A stretch of DNA of 63,067 nucleotides, filler included, from Saprolegnia diclina VS20 (lineage: Eukaryota): assembly GCF_000281045.1 (NCBI RefSeq). It is 5 parts of 2 records of this genome, joined end to end, with 100 filler letters (N's around TTAATTAATTAA, not from the genome) between each part and the next. Parts side by side here need not be neighbours in the genome. Positions count along the whole stretch, not along the records: positions 59,285 to 63,067 come from NW_008246089.1; 4 more parts are not named here. The stretch is one strand, 5' to 3'. Positions 59,380-63,067 of this stretch are shown here, piece by piece (position 1 is the first letter of the stretch; each line of letters opens with the position of its first letter). Both the position numbers and the translations under genes were made by a program. The notes under the pieces were generated by a model. That model had not been told where the DNA came from and searched no databases. It worked only from the letters and a program-made list of their open reading frames with translations.

Positions 59380-59509
59380 TCGGGAGTGGGTTGGCACGTG
59401 GCTGAAATCGCAGGCACTTGAAATGATCCAGTATCTCACTGCTATGTGCTCGAGATAAGCGTAAAGTTATTGATTTTTAATGTTGCAATATGCTCGACCC
59501 AGAGCAAGT

Positions 59510-59579
59510 GGGATATGGCCTAGTCGTCAAAAGTCGTAGAACCACACGCGCGGGGCGGGTTCGATTCCCGCAAAGTCTC
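59510..59579 (+). pseudogene. tRNA-derived sequence (pseudo-tRNA or SINE head)
   Basis: A-box-like TGGCCTAGTCG, perfect T-arm GCGGG-TTCGATT-CCCGC, downstream TTTTT; acceptor and anticodon stems are defective. Confidence 0.55.
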
Positions 59580-62096
59580 GATAGACTGATTTTTGTGGAG
59601 AAAATGGCAGTCAAATATAATTGATCGCTAACTGAAATGCCGCAGCATTAATACTGTTAACCACAATTGCGATTATATTTTTCTGCTCTTTCGAAAGAAA
59701 AAATTATCTGCTAAATGTGTTTTCCATTCTTATGTAGAATAATTTGAGTCACGTAAGAGCAAGCGCATTTGCAGCCCAGAAGTACATGGGAGTCGAAACA
59801 CTTTCTGGTGGCAAAGCGTCGCCGGTTCGAATCCATGTTCATACAATTTTTTGCTCAATTTTTATTGTGCTCCCAGCGACCTGGTAGCAGTTGACGCGTG
59901 CTACTCATCTTGGAGATAATAGCTTGGCTTCGACTGCTTGTACGCCAACACTGCATCGCTTTCGATATAGTACGGCTTTGACGAGGCTAAATATCGCCAA
60001 ATCAACACTGGTGCCGAAGCCAACTCGTAACTGCAAGGCGATCTAATAGCCTGAGATACTATTTGTCTTCTGTGTTTGCTACTGAGCGCCTGTCTTGGCT
60101 GTATTATGCAGCTTCAAGACCTTGGACCGCTAATGGTGTCTTGCTAGGATCTGCAGAGACCGGGTTAGTGTCCGAGTGTTTGCGATGCGTTAGTGCTGTG
60201 CCGAGAGATGCTGGATAAAGACTATCCAAACTTCTCCTATAGCACTCTCATGCGTTGTCTTACTCGGTATCGCGCCGTATTGGGCAATGTCAAAGGGCAT
60301 TTTGTCTTCCTACCTCGATTGGCGCCGCAAGTACTCCCCAGCTCTCCAGTGATGCCATGAGGGCAGTGAAGGCAGTGCCCGGAGCTTCGCGTGCGCCGCT
60401 ACACTGCATTCGATCAGTTAATAATACAATTGGCAGTCTTTGCAATGTCTACCGCCGTCCAGGCCAGTCCCAGTGGTCCCAGTGTGCTCTTGTCGTGGGA
60501 TCCTCCGCCCAACCGCCATACATCGCCCAACCGCCATACTGCAACGTCGTGATTATGCAGCCGAATACCAAAATATATTACAGCCATACCTGAATTCTCA
60601 CCATGCAGAAGTTCGCAATTTGTATCGAGACAGCCAATGGGCGGCGCTCTGGATATGGTTGTCGCACGACGCGCTGCCTTGCCAAACCCAGTCGTTCGCC
60701 CGACTAAAGCAGGACCGTGCCGATTTTCAGAAGGTTAAATAAGGCGCCCTTGTTTAATGTTTTGCCACTCACACGGGGCTCACCCGGCACGCACCCTTAC
60801 ACACACGCGACACTCTTATACAAACATCAAGTATAGCACCATCTGGCTGCATTTTTTGGCGCTCCGCGGAGACCATTTAACATTTTTCCACATGGTCGTC
60901 CTTCCACTCTTACCGTCGCCTTTCCGTATACTTTATTCAAGTCATATACCACATATCCATCCCATATCCAAGAGTGGGACGTTAAATGGTCAATTTGAAG
61001 TGCTACATTCGCAAACGCGGTTGGCGCGATCACCTGGTCGTCGCCCGCGACCGCCGTCTGGTGCCATGTCACAAAGATCCCTAGAAGCCCACGTTGAAGC
61101 NNNNNNNNNNNNNNNNNNNNNNNNNNNNNNNNNNNNNNNNNNNNNNNNNNNNNNNNNNNNNNNNNNNNNNNNNNNNNNNNNNNNNNNNNNNNNNNNNNNN
61201 NNNNNNNNNNNNNNNNNNNNNNNNNNNNNNNNNNNNNNNNNNNNNNNNNNNNNNNNNNNNNNNNNNNNNNNNNNNNNNNNNNNNNNNNNNNNNNNNNNNN
61301 NNNNNNNNNNNNNNNNNNNNNNNNNNNNNNNNNNNNNNNNNNNNNNNNNNNNNNNNNNNNNNNNNNNNNNNNNNNNNNNNNNNNNNNNNNNNNNNNNNNN
61401 NNNNNNNNNNNNNNNNNNNNNNNNNNNNNNNNNNNNNNNNNNNNNNNNNNNNNNNNNNNNNNNNNNNNNNNNNNNNNNNNNNNNNNNNNNNNNNNNNNNN
61501 NNNNNNNNNNNNNNNNNNNNNNNNNNNNNNNNNNNNNNNNNNNNNNNNNNNNNNNNNNNNNNNNNNNNNNNNNNNNNNNNNNNNNNNNNNNNNNNNNNNN
61601 NNNNNNNNNNNNNNNNNNNNNNNNNNNNNNNNNNNNNNNNNNNNNNNNNNNNNNNNNNNNNNNNNNNNNNNNNNNNNNNNNNNNNNNNNNNNNNNNNNNN
61701 NNNNNNNNNNNNNNNNNNNNNNNNNNNNNNNNNNNNNNNNNNNNNNNNNNNNNNNNNNNNNNNNNNNNNNNNNNNNNNNNNNNNNNNNNNNNNNNNNNNN
61801 NNNNNNNNNNNNNNNNNNNNNNNNNNNNNNNNNNNNNNNNNNNNNNNNNNNNNNNNNNNNNNNNNNNNNNNNNNNNNNNNNNNNNNNNNNNNNNNNNNNN
61901 NNNNNNNNNNNNNNNNNNNNNNNNNNNNNNNNNNNNNNNNNNNNNNNNNNNNNNNNNNNNNNNNNNNNNNNNNNNNNNNNNNNNNNNNNNNNNNNNNNNN
62001 NNNNNNNNNNNNNNNNNNNNNNNNNNNNNNNNNNNNNNNNNNNNNNNNNNNNNNNNNNNNNNNNNNNNNNNNNNNNNNNNNNNNNNNNNNNNNNNN

Positions 62097-62342
62097 TTTG
62101 TGTGCCCAACACACTTTGTGCGTCCAACACAATTTGTGTGCCCAACACACTTTGTGCGTCCAACACACTTTGTGTGCCCAACACACTTTGTGCGTCCAAC
62201 ACACTTTGTGTGCCCGACACACTTTGTGTGCCCAACACAATTTGTGTGCCCGACACACTTTGTGTGTCAGACACATTTTGTGCGTCCAACACACTTTGTG
62301 TGTCCAAACACAATTTTTGTGTCCAAACACATTTTGTGTGTC
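62097..62342. repeat. 18-bp minisatellite TTTGTG(T/C)G(C/T)CCAACACA(C/A), about 13 visible units, probably continuing into the gap
   Basis: Direct reading; two unit variants alternate in the first six units, and units decay at the right end. Confidence 0.95.
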
Positions 62343-62972
62343 ATAGCAGCCCACAACCACCACAACCAAAGTTGGCCAAAAACGCCCTTGGTATAGGGTA
62401 TATGAGGTTAAACTCTTCACGAGATAGGCTATTGTGAATATCCCGTCAATAGAAATTTGCGAGTGTCATACCGATACCCCACGGAAATACATTTGACTTG
62501 ATTAAACTATGTCATTTTCTGCGAGCTACCGCGTTCAAGTCGGAACCAAAATTTATATAGTTTATTCAAGTCAAATTTTATCGAAAATGATTTCCGATGG
62601 TGAGCTATTGTGAGCGCGGAAATCGGGCTCGGTGCGTTCTTGTGATGAAAATTGACACAAGTGGATGATTTTGAGTGGTGGGTCGCTATGCTCTGTACGG
62701 TATTGCTCAATGATTGGCCTGAATAAAATTGGTTGTTGGTCGAGCCGTGTCATTTGAAGCCGGTCCATGAGTGTTTCGCGCCTGCAATGAGTCGAAACGG
62801 ACTTTTCAAGAGAAGGCGGCTCAGCGAAACCAATTACTGTTGGCCAGAGCCCTGGCCAGAGCCTAGCATTCTAGTTTCCGATCTCCGCTAAGCAACCCAC
62901 CACGCCTCACCCGAGGTGCAGCGGTAAGGTAATGCAGGCCTCGCGCCCTTCATCCCCCTGAGCGAAGAAGCC

Positions 62973-63067
62973 ATGTGAAAATTAAAAGTCCTCGCTATAA
63001 GGCATAGCGTGGGCTTTTAATTTGACTGACCTCATTTTCCGAGCGAGCTCTGTGGCCATTAGAAAAT
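62973..63067 (+). repeat. Direct repeat, copy 2 (runs off the window)
   Basis: Identical to 59285-59379. Confidence 0.93.

Noticed and set aside
59510..59579. Functional tRNA gene
   Set aside because: Only the T-arm pairs well; acceptor, D and anticodon stems do not form.
60440..60742. Possible transposase fragment (EYQNILQPYL)
   Set aside because: No DDE/DDD catalytic motifs visible; similarity too weak.
62097..62342. Possible CRISPR-like array
   Set aside because: Units are contiguous with no unique spacers, no cas genes are present, and the context is eukaryotic.
60757..62437. Long ORFs with Cys/His repeats (LCAQHT / CPTHFV)
   Set aside because: They are mostly Ns plus translation of the stop-free minisatellite; not supported as genes.

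Overview
Eukaryotic DNA, most likely an oomycete of the Saprolegniales type (GC-rich codons, ~40-55 nt GT-AG introns, an INR/FPR core promoter, oomycete-type bZIPs, a Crinkler-like gene, a ricin-B lectin). The window is five scaffolds joined by artificial 100-nt N-TTAATTAATTAA-N linkers (26317-26416, 45610-45709, 52338-52437, 59185-59284), so adjacency across linkers has no biological meaning. Scaffold 1: amino-acid permease, PITH protein, GMP reductase, SmD3, an animal-FABP-like lipid-binding protein, PrsW protease, expansin-like protein, COQ8, three tandem 7TM-RGS genes, MORN protein, NME7 and a bHLH/F-box-like gene. Scaffold 2: four bZIP paralogs, a twin-CX9C protein, ATP synthase d, HIG1/Rcf1, syntaxin-5, an ankyrin protein and SSRP1. 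Scaffold 3: a spliced in-frame fusion of a class I/II PLP aminotransferase with dihydrodipicolinate reductase (DapB), a CRN-like NTPase/nuclease gene and a 744-bp inverted repeat with nested MITEs. Scaffold 4: secreted 5'-nucleotidases, a ricin-B lectin and a MITE. Scaffold 5: a repeated non-coding unit with tRNA-like boxes, a hairpin and an 18-bp minisatellite. The strongest candidates for a new system are the aminotransferase-DapB fusion and the triplet of divergent 7TM-RGS genes. All calls come from motif reading; no database searches were run.
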